The notes: generated from the letters alone by a model not told the origin. A DNA stretch of 64,000 nucleotides from Deltaproteobacteria bacterium (GCA_016180845.1 JACPAK010000001.1:86836-150835); one strand, 5' to 3'. Positions 1 through 10,176 are shown, numbered from the stretch's first letter. Made by a program: numbers and translations.

Positions 1-61
1 TCGGTTTTTTCAGGAATCTTTTTCTGACAACCCCCCAAAAGAAAAAGACACAGGAGGAGTG

Positions 62-1408
62 CTAATTTTTGGCCGATCTTAGACATTGTTCGACAACATC
101 CAACCCTTCCTCAAGTTGTTCATCGGTGATCGACAAAGGGGACAGGAAGCGGATCACATTTCCATAAAGTCCAGCGGTGAGTAACAGAACACCTTTCGAC
201 GCGGCCTTCTGGACAATGCTTGCGGCGGTATCCTTGTCCGGTTCACGCGTCGCGCGATCCTTCACAAGTTCCACAGCGATCATCGAACCCAAACCGCGAA
301 CCTCACCGATCAATGGAACCTCCTTCTCCAGCTTCTTCATCCGTTTCCAGATCTTCTCACCAATGATCTTCGATCGCTCACAAAGTCGCTTTTCCTCAAG
401 GATCTGGATCGCAGCCAATGCTGCCACACAACTCACCGGATTTCCGCCAAACGTCCCACCGATCCCGCCGGTCTGTGGCGCATCCATGATCTCAGCGCGT
501 CCCGTCACGGCACCAAGCGGAAGACCGTTTGAGAGCGATTTCGCCATTGTGATCAGATCCGGTTCAATCCCGTATGGTGCCGAGGTGAAGAGTGTCCCTG
601 TTCTCCCAAATCCGGTTTGCACTTCATCCGCAATAAAAACGATCCCCTCTTTTTTACAAAAGGAAACGATCTCCTGAACAAACCGCTTCGGTTGAACAAT
701 AAATCCCCCCTCCCCCTGAACCAATTCAAGGATCACGGCAGCCACCTGATCAGGCGCAACAGTCGCCTTGAAAAAGGTCTGCCACCTCGAGAGAACCTCA
801 TCGATATGTTCCTCCTCGGAAAGTCCGGCAGGTCGTCGATACGGATAAGGTCCTGGAAAAATATAAATCTCCGGCGCAAACGGCCCAAACCCTTTTTTAT
901 ACGGTAGATATTTTGAGGTGAGACTCATTGTCAGAAGGGTTCGCCCATGAAATCCATTTTGGAAGGAGATGACGGCGGGTCGTTTCGTATAACCCCTCGC
1001 AAACTTGATCGCATTCTCGACCGCCTCCGCCCCTGTATTGAAAAGGGCAGTCTTCTTTTCAAATTTCCCAGGTGTGATCTCGGCAAGTTTTTGGGCCAAT
1101 TGGACATACGGCTCATACATCGCGGTCATGAAACAGGTGTGTTGAAGTTTTTCGGCCTGACTCTTAACCACTTCAACCAATTCTGTTGGACTATGACCGA
1201 CATTGAGACTTCCAATCCCTCCGATGAAATCAATGAAGGTATTCCCATCGACATCGGTCAGAAGCGCCCCTGCGCCTCGTTCGACAAAAATCGAGGCGGC
1301 ATGGATCGAGACAGAGGAGGAGACATAGCGACGCCGTTTTTCCAAAAGGGCACGGCTCTTCGGGCCAGGGATTTCGGTTTTGAGATGAATGTGGCCCATC
1401 AATACCAA
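62..1408 (-). CDS. gabT: class-III PLP aminotransferase, 4-aminobutyrate aminotransferase-like
   Basis: 448-aa ORF with GabT-like length and motifs (FQNGFHGRT, ADEVQTGFGRTG, TMAKSL lysine context). Its start overlaps the stop of the upstream ALDH gene by 10 nt, so the three genes look like one operon. Confidence 0.75.
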   Translation of the reverse strand: MVLMGHIHLKTEIPGPKSRALLEKRRRYVSSSVSIHAASIFVERGAGALLTDVDGNTFIDFIGGIGSLNVGHSPTELVEVVKSQAEKLQHTCFMTAMYEPYVQLAQKLAEITPGKFEKKTALFNTGAEAVENAIKFARGYTKRPAVISFQNGFHGRTLLTMSLTSKYLPYKKGFGPFAPEIYIFPGPYPYRRPAGLSEEEHIDEVLSRWQTFFKATVAPDQVAAVILELVQGEGGFIVQPKRFVQEIVSFCKKEGIVFIADEVQTGFGRTGTLFTSAPYGIEPDLITMAKSLSNGLPLGAVTGRAEIMDAPQTGGIGGTFGGNPVSCVAALAAIQILEEKRLCERSKIIGEKIWKRMKKLEKEVPLIGEVRGLGSMIAVELVKDRATREPDKDTAASIVQKAASKGVLLLTAGLYGNVIRFLSPLSITDEQLEEGLDVVEQCLRSAKN

Positions 1409-2868
1409 CCGATCGGATTCTCATTCAAATTCACGTAAACCTGTTTCGACTCCAGAAAATTCTCGACCCCATATTTACCCAACTCCCTGCCAGTCCCGCT
1501 CATCTTGTATCCACCCCATGGCCCCTCGACATAACAAGGCTGCATATGATTGATCCAAACCGTTCCGGCACGAACCTGCTTCACGACACGGAACGCCTTG
1601 AAGATATCCCGCGTCCAAACCGCCGCTGCCAACCCGTAATCACTCTGGTTGGCGATGGCGATCGCCTCCTTTTCATTTTCAAAAGGGATGACCGCTGCCA
1701 CCGGACCGAAGATCTCTTCGCGCGCAATCTTCATGCTGTTTTTCACATCATCGAAGATCGTCGGCTCTATGAAGTAACCTTTCGCGAGCTTCCCATTCGG
1801 TCTCTTCCCACCCATGACCAGCTTCGCCCCTTCCTGAACGCCAGCCTGGATATAAGATTCGACGCGTGCGAGCTGATTCGCGGAAACAAGCGGCCCCATC
1901 TTCGACTGAGGATCCGATCCCGGGCCCAAGACAATCTTTTCTGCCTTCACCTTCATCGCCTCAACAAATTTTTTGTGGATCGAACGCTCAACCAAGATTC
2001 GAGAGCCGGCCGAACAGACCTCGCCTTGATTGATAAAGACACCGAAGAGCGCGCCATCGACCGCCGCCTCAAAATCAGAATCGGCAAAAAAGATATTCGG
2101 CGATTTTCCACCTAATTCGAGGGTGACCTTTTTTAAATTCGTATCGGCGGCAGCCCGCATAATGGAACGTCCCACCTCTGTCGACCCAGTAAAAGCGACC
2201 TTATCGACCGATCGACTCTGGGCCAGACAGGCGCCGGACACCTCTCCAACACCGGTCACAACATTCACAACCCCCTTAGGAAGATCGGTGATGCCGTCCA
2301 GAATTTTGGCGAGTTCCAGAGCCGTCAGGGGTGTGTCCTCCGCCGGCTTCAGAATCATCGTACATCCGGCAGCAAGCGCCGGTGCGAGCTTCCAGGCTGC
2401 CATGAGAAGTGGATAGTTCCAGGGGACAATGAGACCACAGACCCCAACCGGTTCCTTCACCGTAAAAGAAAACGCCTGATCCGGAACCGGGTTCACCTCG
2501 CCATAAATCTTCGTCGCCCAACCGCCAAAATATTCAAAACAGGTCGCGGCATCGGCGAGATCAAATTCGGACTCGACAAGCGGCTTCCCCATATTCAATG
2601 TCTCTAACTCGGCCAACCGTTTTGCCTCTCGTCGAAGCGCCTCGGCAATCTGAAACAAGACGCGCCCCCGTTGCTGGCCGGTTGACTCCTTCCAGGGTCC
2701 CTCATCGAAGGCCCGACGCGCCGACTGGATCGCAACGTCAATATCCTCAGTCCCCGCTTCCGGAACTGTAGCGATCACCTCGCCGGTCGCTGGATTGCGA
2801 ATCTCTCTCCTCTTCCCAGCCCGGGATTTTACGAATTCACCATTGATGTACATTTTATAGTCGTTCAT
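1399..2868 (-). CDS. NAD(P)-dependent aldehyde dehydrogenase (betaine-aldehyde/aminobutyraldehyde/succinate-semialdehyde DH family)
   Basis: 489 aa. ALDH hallmarks are present: Rossmann region GSTEVG, catalytic Glu in ELGGKSP, catalytic Cys in GEVCSAG, and EEIFGPV near the C-terminus. Confidence 0.85.
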   Translation of the reverse strand: MNDYKMYINGEFVKSRAGKRREIRNPATGEVIATVPEAGTEDIDVAIQSARRAFDEGPWKESTGQQRGRVLFQIAEALRREAKRLAELETLNMGKPLVESEFDLADAATCFEYFGGWATKIYGEVNPVPDQAFSFTVKEPVGVCGLIVPWNYPLLMAAWKLAPALAAGCTMILKPAEDTPLTALELAKILDGITDLPKGVVNVVTGVGEVSGACLAQSRSVDKVAFTGSTEVGRSIMRAAADTNLKKVTLELGGKSPNIFFADSDFEAAVDGALFGVFINQGEVCSAGSRILVERSIHKKFVEAMKVKAEKIVLGPGSDPQSKMGPLVSANQLARVESYIQAGVQEGAKLVMGGKRPNGKLAKGYFIEPTIFDDVKNSMKIAREEIFGPVAAVIPFENEKEAIAIANQSDYGLAAAVWTRDIFKAFRVVKQVRAGTVWINHMQPCYVEGPWGGYKMSGTGRELGKYGVENFLESKQVYVNLNENPIGWY

Positions 2869-2879
2869 GAGGCCTCCTC

Positions 2880-4349
2880 TTAAGGAACGGATCTGTTCTT
2901 ATAGGGGAACCAATAACTCTTCCTCTCCATCACATAATCGAGATGCACATGTTTCGTCTCGCGGAAGGCATCGAGCCCTTCGAGACCCAATTCTCGGCCA
3001 AAGCCACTCTGGCGCATCCCGCCGAAGGGCCCGGCATCGTTATCAGAGAGCGGATCATTGATCCAGAAACTCCCCGCCTTGATCTCCTCCATCGCCCTCA
3101 TCGCCGTCTTCAGACTCCCGGTATAAATGCTCGCCCCCAAACCATAGAGGGAGTTGTTCGCCTCTTCGATCGCCTCGTCTTCTGTTTTAAAAGTGGAAAT
3201 CGCAGCGATCGGCCCAAAAACCTCTTCGTTAAAGAGCGGATTATCCCGCTTCACCTTCGTAATCACCGTCGGTAGGTAATACCAACCCTTGAGTCCGGGC
3301 GCCCGCTTCCCACCATAAAGCAATTCCCCTCCCGCTTTCAGCCCCTTCTCCACCTGTTTCTCTACCTTCCTCAGCTGCTCCTCAGAAATCAACGGACCAA
3401 CATCGGTCTCCGGATTCATCGGATCTCCGACGCGAATCGTTTTTGTATGCTCGACAAAACGTCGGACGAATTCCCCTGCGATCGATTCAGCAACATAAAT
3501 ACGTTTCGAGGAGGTGCAGACCTGACCGGCGTTAAGATAACGAGCCCAAGCGGCACCCGGGACCGCTACCTCCAGATCGGCATCTTCAAAAACAATTAAT
3601 GGATCGATACTTCCGAGCTCGAGATTGACCTTCTTCACACGATCCGCCGCAAGCCGCATGATCCCCTTCCCGACCTCGGTCGAACCGGTAAAGGCGATCA
3701 TGTCGACATCCGGATGGCGGACGAGCGGATCGCCCACTTCTTCACCCGTGCCTGTCACCACATTCACAACTCCAACGGGGAGCAGCTCAAAGGCCCGCGC
3801 CATTCTGAGCGTCGAGAGCGGTGTCTGCTCCGCCGGTTTGACGACAACGGTATTCCCTGCCGCGATCGCCGGCGCCACCTTCCAGGACATCAAGAGGAGC
3901 GGGAAATTAAACGGGACGATACAGGCGACCACTCCGTACGGTTCTTTGATCGTAAAATTGACCTGATGCGGAGCGACCGGTGGGAGGGAAAACCCCCTCT
4001 CATGACGACCGATCTCGGCGTAATAATCAAAACAGGCGGCGACCCATTCAACACAATCGAGGCTCTCGATGAGCGGCTTGCCTGATTCGAGGGTCAGGAG
4101 TTTTGCGATTTCTTTGTTGTCGTTTCGAATTTTCTGGGCGATTTCGTGGAGGAGATGCGCCTTCTCGACCCCCGGAATCTTCTTCCACTCTTTTTGTGCC
4201 TGTTTCGCCGCGGTAACGGCACGATCGACATCTTTTGAATCTGATTCGGGGACCTGATCGATTTTCTCAAGGGTAGAAGGATTGATGACAGGATGCGTGC
4301 GCCTCGTGAGACTCTCGCACCATTCGTTCCCGATGAAAAGTTGAGCCAT
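2880..4349 (-). CDS. NAD(P)-dependent aldehyde dehydrogenase, second paralog
   Basis: 489 aa with GSTEVG, catalytic Cys in GQVCTSS and EEVFGPI. The Glu-containing motif is the variant ELGSIDP instead of the usual ELGGKSP. It lies in tandem with the other ALDH and gabT. Confidence 0.8.
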   Translation of the reverse strand: MAQLFIGNEWCESLTRRTHPVINPSTLEKIDQVPESDSKDVDRAVTAAKQAQKEWKKIPGVEKAHLLHEIAQKIRNDNKEIAKLLTLESGKPLIESLDCVEWVAACFDYYAEIGRHERGFSLPPVAPHQVNFTIKEPYGVVACIVPFNFPLLLMSWKVAPAIAAGNTVVVKPAEQTPLSTLRMARAFELLPVGVVNVVTGTGEEVGDPLVRHPDVDMIAFTGSTEVGKGIMRLAADRVKKVNLELGSIDPLIVFEDADLEVAVPGAAWARYLNAGQVCTSSKRIYVAESIAGEFVRRFVEHTKTIRVGDPMNPETDVGPLISEEQLRKVEKQVEKGLKAGGELLYGGKRAPGLKGWYYLPTVITKVKRDNPLFNEEVFGPIAAISTFKTEDEAIEEANNSLYGLGASIYTGSLKTAMRAMEEIKAGSFWINDPLSDNDAGPFGGMRQSGFGRELGLEGLDAFRETKHVHLDYVMERKSYWFPYKNRSVP

Positions 4350-4424
4350 GGAACACCCCCCGGACGCGATATCCCTCGTTCAGGACAGAGGCGTCAAGGG
4401 AGAAAATTCCCACACCGTCTTGTG

Positions 4425-4989
4425 TTAAAACCCGATCCTTCTTCTAGTCGGCACCACTGGTTTCATCAACTGCCGTATTGCATCGAATACAACCTTGAAT
4501 TGGGAATCATATCTCTTCTCCAGATTTTCAAGTTTTCGGGCGAGATCTTTGTGAGTGGTCAGAATCTGGCGAAGGCGACCAAATGTTCTCATGATTTCGA
4601 TATTAACGAGAATTGCCCGCCGGCTTCGAAGCACACTGGATAACATAGCGACCCCAAATTCGGTAAAGACATAAGGAAGATAGCGTCGTCCACCCCACTC
4701 ATTTGAGGTGCCAATTTGGCACCTCAAGATGGCAACCTCTTGATTATGGTTGATCAACTTTTGGTTAGTACATTTTTATTGATAAACCATAAGTATTTCT
4801 AACTTTTAGCGGGCACGTTCGTGCCCACCAAAAGTTGAAATGACGTTCGCGGTTTCTTTTGACAGCACGGTTAAGCACCTTGGCTTCTACCCCATAAAGC
4901 TCCGCAAGGGTCCGATCCAGCATTACCTTCTGTCCTCGGATCAGCAGGATTTTACTCTCAACCCTCTCTGCTGGTAACAGTGTGTTCAT
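4425..4989 (-). pseudogene. ORF6N/KilA-N-like (phage antirepressor-type) gene split into two frames
   Basis: ORF 4765-4989 carries the N-terminal ORF6N signature ([22 protein letters not shown]). ORF 4425-4757 carries the C-terminal part ([44 protein letters not shown]) in a different frame. The break coincides with a palindromic insert. Confidence 0.6.
4751..4842. repeat. imperfect palindromic insert (39-bp hairpin plus flanking inverted copies of caacttttgg) at the ORF6N frame break
   Basis: + strand 4799-4837 reads aacttttagcgggcacgttcgtgcccaccaaaagttg (arms gggcacg/cgtgccc and aactttt/aaaagtt). A further inverted copy, tcaacttttggtt, lies at 4754-4766. Removing about 74 nt between the outer copies restores one reading frame. 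Confidence 0.5.
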
Positions 4990-5133
4990 AATTTCTCCCT
5001 CTTAAGATGGGACATCCCTTGAAGCCTGATAAGCAAATTGGATGCCACGATAGGATCGGATTAAATCAATCGAGAGAGGCTAATCCGTCCGATTTTTGGA
5101 CTCAGTGTCTATTTATCGTACGGTCTTGAGGAC

Positions 5134-6081
5134 TCAGCTCGCACCCAACGAGGTCATGAAGACCCCAATAATGATCATCACGACAAAAACCCACTGAAGT
5201 TTTGTAATCTTCTCTTTCAGGAAAAGTCTCGCGAAACCCAACGTGATCACCGGATAGGCGGCGCTGATCGGTGTCACGATCGAGGTCGGGCCGGTGCGGT
5301 AGGCGATCAAGACGCCGAGATCGCCACTCCCCATCACCGCCATCGGCAATGCGGATCGTTTCCATTCACCGGGGGCCTGCTGCTGCCCCTCCCCTTTTCT
5401 CCACTTCCCCTTGAGTAGCCCATAAAGCCCGAGGGTCAGCATCCCGCCACTGATCCCCAAAAGCGACATGTTCGATTCGCTCGAACCGGTCAGCAGATAG
5501 GCATATTTAACCGTCGTCCCTGCAACACCCCAGAGGAGGAGTGCCGTGATCGCCAACGGAACCCAGCGACCATGCTTGACCCTCTCGGTGATTTGATGTT
5601 CAGAAGGGATCGAAAGACCGATACAACTCACGATGACCATCAGAACCCCCAACATCTGGTAAGAGCTGATCTGTTCATCCAGAAAAAATTTCGCGAAGAT
5701 AATTGTCAGCGCCGGATAGGCTGCAGAGATTGTCCCCACAATCGTGATCGGACCTGAAATAATTGATTCATAGTAGAGGATCCAGGCGATCCCGTCTAAT
5801 GTGTAACTCAAAAGCCCAAAGAGCAGAAAGGATCGCGCCTCCGGTGCCAAGAGAGGGGTGACCTCCCCTTGGGCATACGAGTAGAGGTAGAAACAACCCA
5901 TCACCAATGAACGAGCCAAGATGTAATAGAGACAGAACCGCGCCGGTGAGACATCCTCGATATATTTTTTGACGAGACCTTGACCCAACCCCCAGAAGAT
6001 CATCGCGGCAATGGTCGGGGTCATCCAGACAATCATTGGATTTTCGATCATTCTCCCTTCCCTATACAATGCCCTGCACAT
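5134..6081 (-). CDS. EamA/DMT-superfamily membrane transporter
   Basis: About 10 predicted TM helices in two EamA-like halves. The start may instead be the internal Met (MIENPM...) near 6051. Confidence 0.6.
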   Translation of the reverse strand: MCRALYREGRMIENPMIVWMTPTIAAMIFWGLGQGLVKKYIEDVSPARFCLYYILARSLVMGCFYLYSYAQGEVTPLLAPEARSFLLFGLLSYTLDGIAWILYYESIISGPITIVGTISAAYPALTIIFAKFFLDEQISSYQMLGVLMVIVSCIGLSIPSEHQITERVKHGRWVPLAITALLLWGVAGTTVKYAYLLTGSSESNMSLLGISGGMLTLGLYGLLKGKWRKGEGQQQAPGEWKRSALPMAVMGSGDLGVLIAYRTGPTSIVTPISAAYPVITLGFARLFLKEKITKLQWVFVVMIIIGVFMTSLGAS

Positions 6082-6126
6082 GTCAATCTTCTTGACCTGA
6101 TACTGGGCTCCTTTTAGATCAACTCC

Positions 6127-7311
6127 ATGCGTTACGTTGTCTTAGGCGGTGCCGGTGCGATGGGGCGGATCACGATTCGAGATCTCTTCGAGACCGATCC
6201 CGATGCCGAGATCATCATCGCCGATTTTAATCTGAAAAACGCCGAAACATTGGCGGCTTCGTTTCGCTCGCGACGTGTGAAGGCTGTTTTTGCCGATATC
6301 AAAAACCGGCAGTCGTTAGTGAAGGCGTTCCAAGGATCTTTTGTCGTGATCAACTCCACCCCTTATGTCTTTAACGTCGAGGTGATGAGGGCGGCGTTGA
6401 AGGCAAGGGTTCACTACGTCGATCTCGGCGGGCTTTTTCATGTCACGCGGAAACAACTACAGCTTCACAATCAATTTAAGAAGGCGGGGCTCTTGGCCTT
6501 GCTCGGCATCGGAGCAGCCCCTGGAATCACTAACATCATGGCGGATCACGCTGCCTCTCAACTCGATCGCGTGCAGGAGATTCATATCCGATTGGGGGGC
6601 AAGGATCTGACGCGGTATGATCGTGACGTTCCAATCTCCGTTTCCTATTCCCTCGACACAATCCTCGATGAGTTCTCCATGCCACCCGCTGTTTTTCACA
6701 AAGGGCGATTCGGTTTCGTCGAACCGATGTCAGGTCGCGAGGAGCACCTGTTCCCTTCACCGGTCGGGATTCAAAAACCGATGCACACGATCCACTCGGA
6801 GGTTGCAACACTCCCACTCTCTTATAAAGATAAGGGGGTTAAAGAAGTCAGTTTCAAAATCGCCTTCGATGAGGAGTTTACCGAACGGGTGCGGTTCCTG
6901 AGGGACCTTGGACTCGCCTCACAAAAACCGGTTCAAAATGGCCAGATCAACTTTGTCCCACGAAAAATCCTTTTGAAGTTGATCTCAGAGTTACCAAAGG
7001 GAAAACCGGTCGGTCCGATCCGGCAATACGAGGTGATCCGCTCGATTGTCCTCGGCAAGGAAAAAGGGAAGAAGGTGTGCTGGTTAGTCGACTGTCACAC
7101 AAAGGGGATGCCACAATGGGGGATCGGACTCGATATCGACACCGGTGCCCCTCCATCGATCGCCGCCCAGATGATCGCTCGTGGTGAAATTGATGCCTTT
7201 GGCGCCTTGCCACCGGAAAAAGTGGTCCCCCCTCAACCGTTTTTCAAAGAACTGGCCCGACGGGGAATGACCGTTAAGACAAAAAAAGTCGCCGGCTGGA
7301 GCTTTTTGTAG
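6127..7311 (+). CDS. saccharopine dehydrogenase-family NAD(P)-binding oxidoreductase
   Basis: N-terminal Rossmann VVLGGAGAMGR. Length of 394 aa and overall pattern match the saccharopine dehydrogenase / carboxynorspermidine dehydrogenase-like family. Confidence 0.55.
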   Translation: MRYVVLGGAGAMGRITIRDLFETDPDAEIIIADFNLKNAETLAASFRSRRVKAVFADIKNRQSLVKAFQGSFVVINSTPYVFNVEVMRAALKARVHYVDLGGLFHVTRKQLQLHNQFKKAGLLALLGIGAAPGITNIMADHAASQLDRVQEIHIRLGGKDLTRYDRDVPISVSYSLDTILDEFSMPPAVFHKGRFGFVEPMSGREEHLFPSPVGIQKPMHTIHSEVATLPLSYKDKGVKEVSFKIAFDEEFTERVRFLRDLGLASQKPVQNGQINFVPRKILLKLISELPKGKPVGPIRQYEVIRSIVLGKEKGKKVCWLVDCHTKGMPQWGIGLDIDTGAPPSIAAQMIARGEIDAFGALPPEKVVPPQPFFKELARRGMTVKTKKVAGWSFL

Positions 7312-7364
7312 CAACTTCTCAAAAAAATAATCCGAGTTCCTGAGTAGAAACTGATCGGGGGATC

Positions 7365-8081
7365 ATGTCTAGCAGCTCGCTGATCAAAGCGATCACCGTC
7401 ACCTTCGGCACCAACATGCTGGCCGATCTCGCTTCGGACAGGGTCCTCCATCCAGGCTACAAACTCGATTACGGATTGCTCAATCCACTCCTCGGCCGCG
7501 ATATGTATGAGCCTTTTTGGGGAACACGTCTGCAGCACCTTGTCGGTATCGCAGGATCGTTGACTTTGACCGAACATGTTTCTTCATCTATTTTTAGCTT
7601 TTTCTTGAGAAAGGCAAAAATCCTCAAGGCAACGGAAGATATCTTCAAAATCCATAAAACTCCGCTCTCCTATCTACTCCATAATTTCATCTCAGTTTTT
7701 TTGGGAGTTTTTATCTACTGTTCCCTCGATGCCCTCTTCAATCCCTTGTATAAGAAAGAAGGAGAGCGGATGGAAACATGGGAAAAAACACTCTTGCCGA
7801 CTGTTGCTGGAACCCCGTGGGCCCTTATCGAACCGGTACTCGGCTACGGTCTCAAAAAGGCATTCACCCCATGGGCTTGGCTTATACCTCATGCCAGTTT
7901 GACACTGAGACAAAAAACCAGTCTTTGGGTTTCTGATCTCTTGATCCCCGATATCGCCATCTATGGAACGATCAAGGGGTTTGGATGGCACGAATACGCC
8001 GATTACGGCCTGACCGATAGCGAGTTAAAATTAAACAGGATCTATTTCGAACGGGCGAAGCCAAAAACGATTCTTTACTAA
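7365..8081 (+). CDS. hypothetical protein
   Basis: 238-aa ORF sitting directly upstream of the Ehr-like operon. No recognisable motifs. Confidence 0.4.
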   Translation: MSSSSLIKAITVTFGTNMLADLASDRVLHPGYKLDYGLLNPLLGRDMYEPFWGTRLQHLVGIAGSLTLTEHVSSSIFSFFLRKAKILKATEDIFKIHKTPLSYLLHNFISVFLGVFIYCSLDALFNPLYKKEGERMETWEKTLLPTVAGTPWALIEPVLGYGLKKAFTPWAWLIPHASLTLRQKTSLWVSDLLIPDIAIYGTIKGFGWHEYADYGLTDSELKLNRIYFERAKPKTILY

Positions 8082-8142
8082 CCGCGATATTCCAAAGGCG
8101 AGTGCGGCCCCGGCAATTCCGGCAAAAAAATCCTTCCATTCA

Positions 8143-8171
8143 TTGATAAATCAAATCAAAAGTGCTTAGTA
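8143..8171 (+). promoter_or_regulatory. candidate sigma70-type promoter (TTGATA-N17-TTAGTA) upstream of the Ehr-like operon
   Basis: Hexamers read directly: TTGATA at 8143-8148, a 17-nt spacer, then TTAGTA at 8166-8171, about 25 nt before the first ATG at 8197. Confidence 0.25.
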
Positions 8172-8196
8172 GATTGAATTCATAGGCTTGGACACC

Positions 8197-10176
8197 ATGA
8201 ACTACCTCATTTTTTCTTTGGGAATACTGCTCGTTTCCTTCTGTCTTACCTTTCTGGTCCAGACAGAAAAACAGAAGAGGTTTCTCTCCTGTGGGGGAGT
8301 CATTGCCGGATCCGTTCTCGGGATTATTCCAGCCTTGCAGGTCCTCACGAGTGGTATCCCTTCCAGGGTAACGAGCCTCGCCTCGCCGATCCCGGGGCTT
8401 GAGGTTTCACTCGGACTCGACCCTTTGAGCGCCTTTTTTCTCGTCGGCATTTACGGTCTTTCCGGTCTCGTTGGAATTTACAGCTGGGGTTATCTGAAAG
8501 ATCGACGGAGGCTCCTCCGAACGGCACCCTTCTTCCCGCTTCTCGTTGCCACCATGGCGACAGTCGTCGCCGCTCGCGACGGCTTCTTTTTTCTGATCGC
8601 CTGGGAGGTGATGTCACTCGCCTCCTTTTTTCTGGTCACTGCCGAGCACGAAAATAAAGAGGTCCGTCACGCGGGATGGATTTACCTTGTGGCGACACAC
8701 CTTGCGACTGCCTTTCTGATGGCCTTCTTCACCCTCCTTTATAAGAAGACAGGGACATTCTCTTTCGAGGCCTTTTCCCAGATCGGAGCTGTCTCACCAA
8801 CCCTCGCCAGTCTTCTTTTCGTTTTGGCCCTTGTCGGGTTTGGAACCAAGGCGGGGATTTTCCCCCTCCACGTCTGGCTTCCTTACGCCCATCCGGCAGC
8901 CCCAAGTTATATCTCGGCGCTGATGAGTGGGGTGATGATCAAGACAGGAATTTATGGGATCCTCCGCGCGCTGACCTTTTTGGGAGTGCCACCCCTCTGG
9001 TGGGGCGAACTCCTGGTCGGCCTCGGAATCCTGTCGGCGGTCCTCGGGGTCACCTACGCCCTGATACAACACGACCTGAAACAGCTCCTCGCCTATTCCA
9101 GTGTCGAAAACATCGGGATCATCGTAACGGGAATCGGGTTGGGATTGATCGGACTTTCTCGAAACCAACCAACCCTCACGCTTCTCGGATTCGGCGGATC
9201 CCTTTTTCACGTCTGGAACCATGCTATTTTCAAGGGGCTCCTCTTTCTGGGGGCTGGAAACGTCGTGCGTGTCGTCCACAGCAGGGCGATCGATCAGCTC
9301 GGAGGGCTCTTCAAAAACATGCCGTTCACGGGGGCAACCTTTTTTATCGCCTCGGCAGCGATCTGCGGACTTCCACCTCTGAACGGTTTTATCAGCGAAT
9401 GGTTGATCTACGTCGGTTTCCTGAAGGGTGTCACCTGGAGCTTCGGCCCATCCCTTTTCTTTTCTATTGCGGGAATCATTGGAATCGCCTTTTCCGGAGG
9501 ACTCGCGATCGCCTGCTTCACAAAGGTTGTGGGGGTTGTCTTTTTGGGAGAACCGCGTAGCGAACAGGCGGCAATCCCCTACGAGGTCTCTCGTCTCATT
9601 CTGGCCCCGATGGTGGTACTCGCCTTCCTCTGTCTTGCGTTCGGTCTCTATCCCCAGATCATCTGGTCCGCTGTTTTTTTTACCGTCAAATCCTTGCTGC
9701 CTTATGGGGCGATAGCGGAGCAAAATAGAATCCTCACCTCACTCTCCAGTATAAACGTCATTTTTTGGTTCGGTCTCGTTTTCTTTCTCGCCCTGGGCCT
9801 TTTAACTCAACTTATTGTCGGCAAGAGGCCAATTCGTCGCGCGGTTACCTGGGACTGTGGCTATGCCTCTCCAACACAACGGATGCAATACAGCGCCTCT
9901 TCTTTTGTAGAATCATTGGGGGTTTTTTTCGCCCCTCTCCTCAAACCCCAGACAGATCTCAAGAAACCTGCCGGTCTCTTCCCGCAACCAGGAAGCTTCG
10001 CAGAACAGGCAGAGGATCTCGCCGAACGGCGCCTCTTCAGGCCGCTCTTCAAGAGGACCGATCAATCCTTTTTATTTGTCCGAAAGATGCAGCAAGGGAA
10101 GATCCAGGCTTACCTTGCCCTCATCTTTGTGACCATCCTGGCCCTTCTGTTATGGGAGGTATGGTTTGGAATTTAA
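8197..10176 (+). CDS. NuoL/HyfB/HycC-like antiporter-type membrane subunit (complex I / group-4 hydrogenase family)
   Basis: About 660 aa and polytopic. Carries the conserved segment GFGTKAGIFPLHVWLPYAHPAAPSYISALMSGVMIKTGIYGILR typical of NuoL/M/N and Mrp antiporter subunits. An alternative TTG start lies at 8188. Confidence 0.8.
   Translation: MNYLIFSLGILLVSFCLTFLVQTEKQKRFLSCGGVIAGSVLGIIPALQVLTSGIPSRVTSLASPIPGLEVSLGLDPLSAFFLVGIYGLSGLVGIYSWGYLKDRRRLLRTAPFFPLLVATMATVVAARDGFFFLIAWEVMSLASFFLVTAEHENKEVRHAGWIYLVATHLATAFLMAFFTLLYKKTGTFSFEAFSQIGAVSPTLASLLFVLALVGFGTKAGIFPLHVWLPYAHPAAPSYISALMSGVMIKTGIYGILRALTFLGVPPLWWGELLVGLGILSAVLGVTYALIQHDLKQLLAYSSVENIGIIVTGIGLGLIGLSRNQPTLTLLGFGGSLFHVWNHAIFKGLLFLGAGNVVRVVHSRAIDQLGGLFKNMPFTGATFFIASAAICGLPPLNGFISEWLIYVGFLKGVTWSFGPSLFFSIAGIIGIAFSGGLAIACFTKVVGVVFLGEPRSEQAAIPYEVSRLILAPMVVLAFLCLAFGLYPQIIWSAVFFTVKSLLPYGAIAEQNRILTSLSSINVIFWFGLVFFLALGLLTQLIVGKRPIRRAVTWDCGYASPTQRMQYSASSFVESLGVFFAPLLKPQTDLKKPAGLFPQPGSFAEQAEDLAERRLFRPLFKRTDQSFLFVRKMQQGKIQAYLALIFVTILALLLWEVWFGI

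Noticed and set aside
8794-9723. 309-aa minus-strand ORF and many other 60-190-aa antisense or alternative-frame ORFs inside the Ehr operon, the giant genes, fadB and elsewhere
   Set aside because: They are shadow ORFs typical of GC-rich coding DNA. The opposite-strand or main-frame genes have strong family signatures, and these ORFs have Arg/Pro/Gly-rich nonsense composition.
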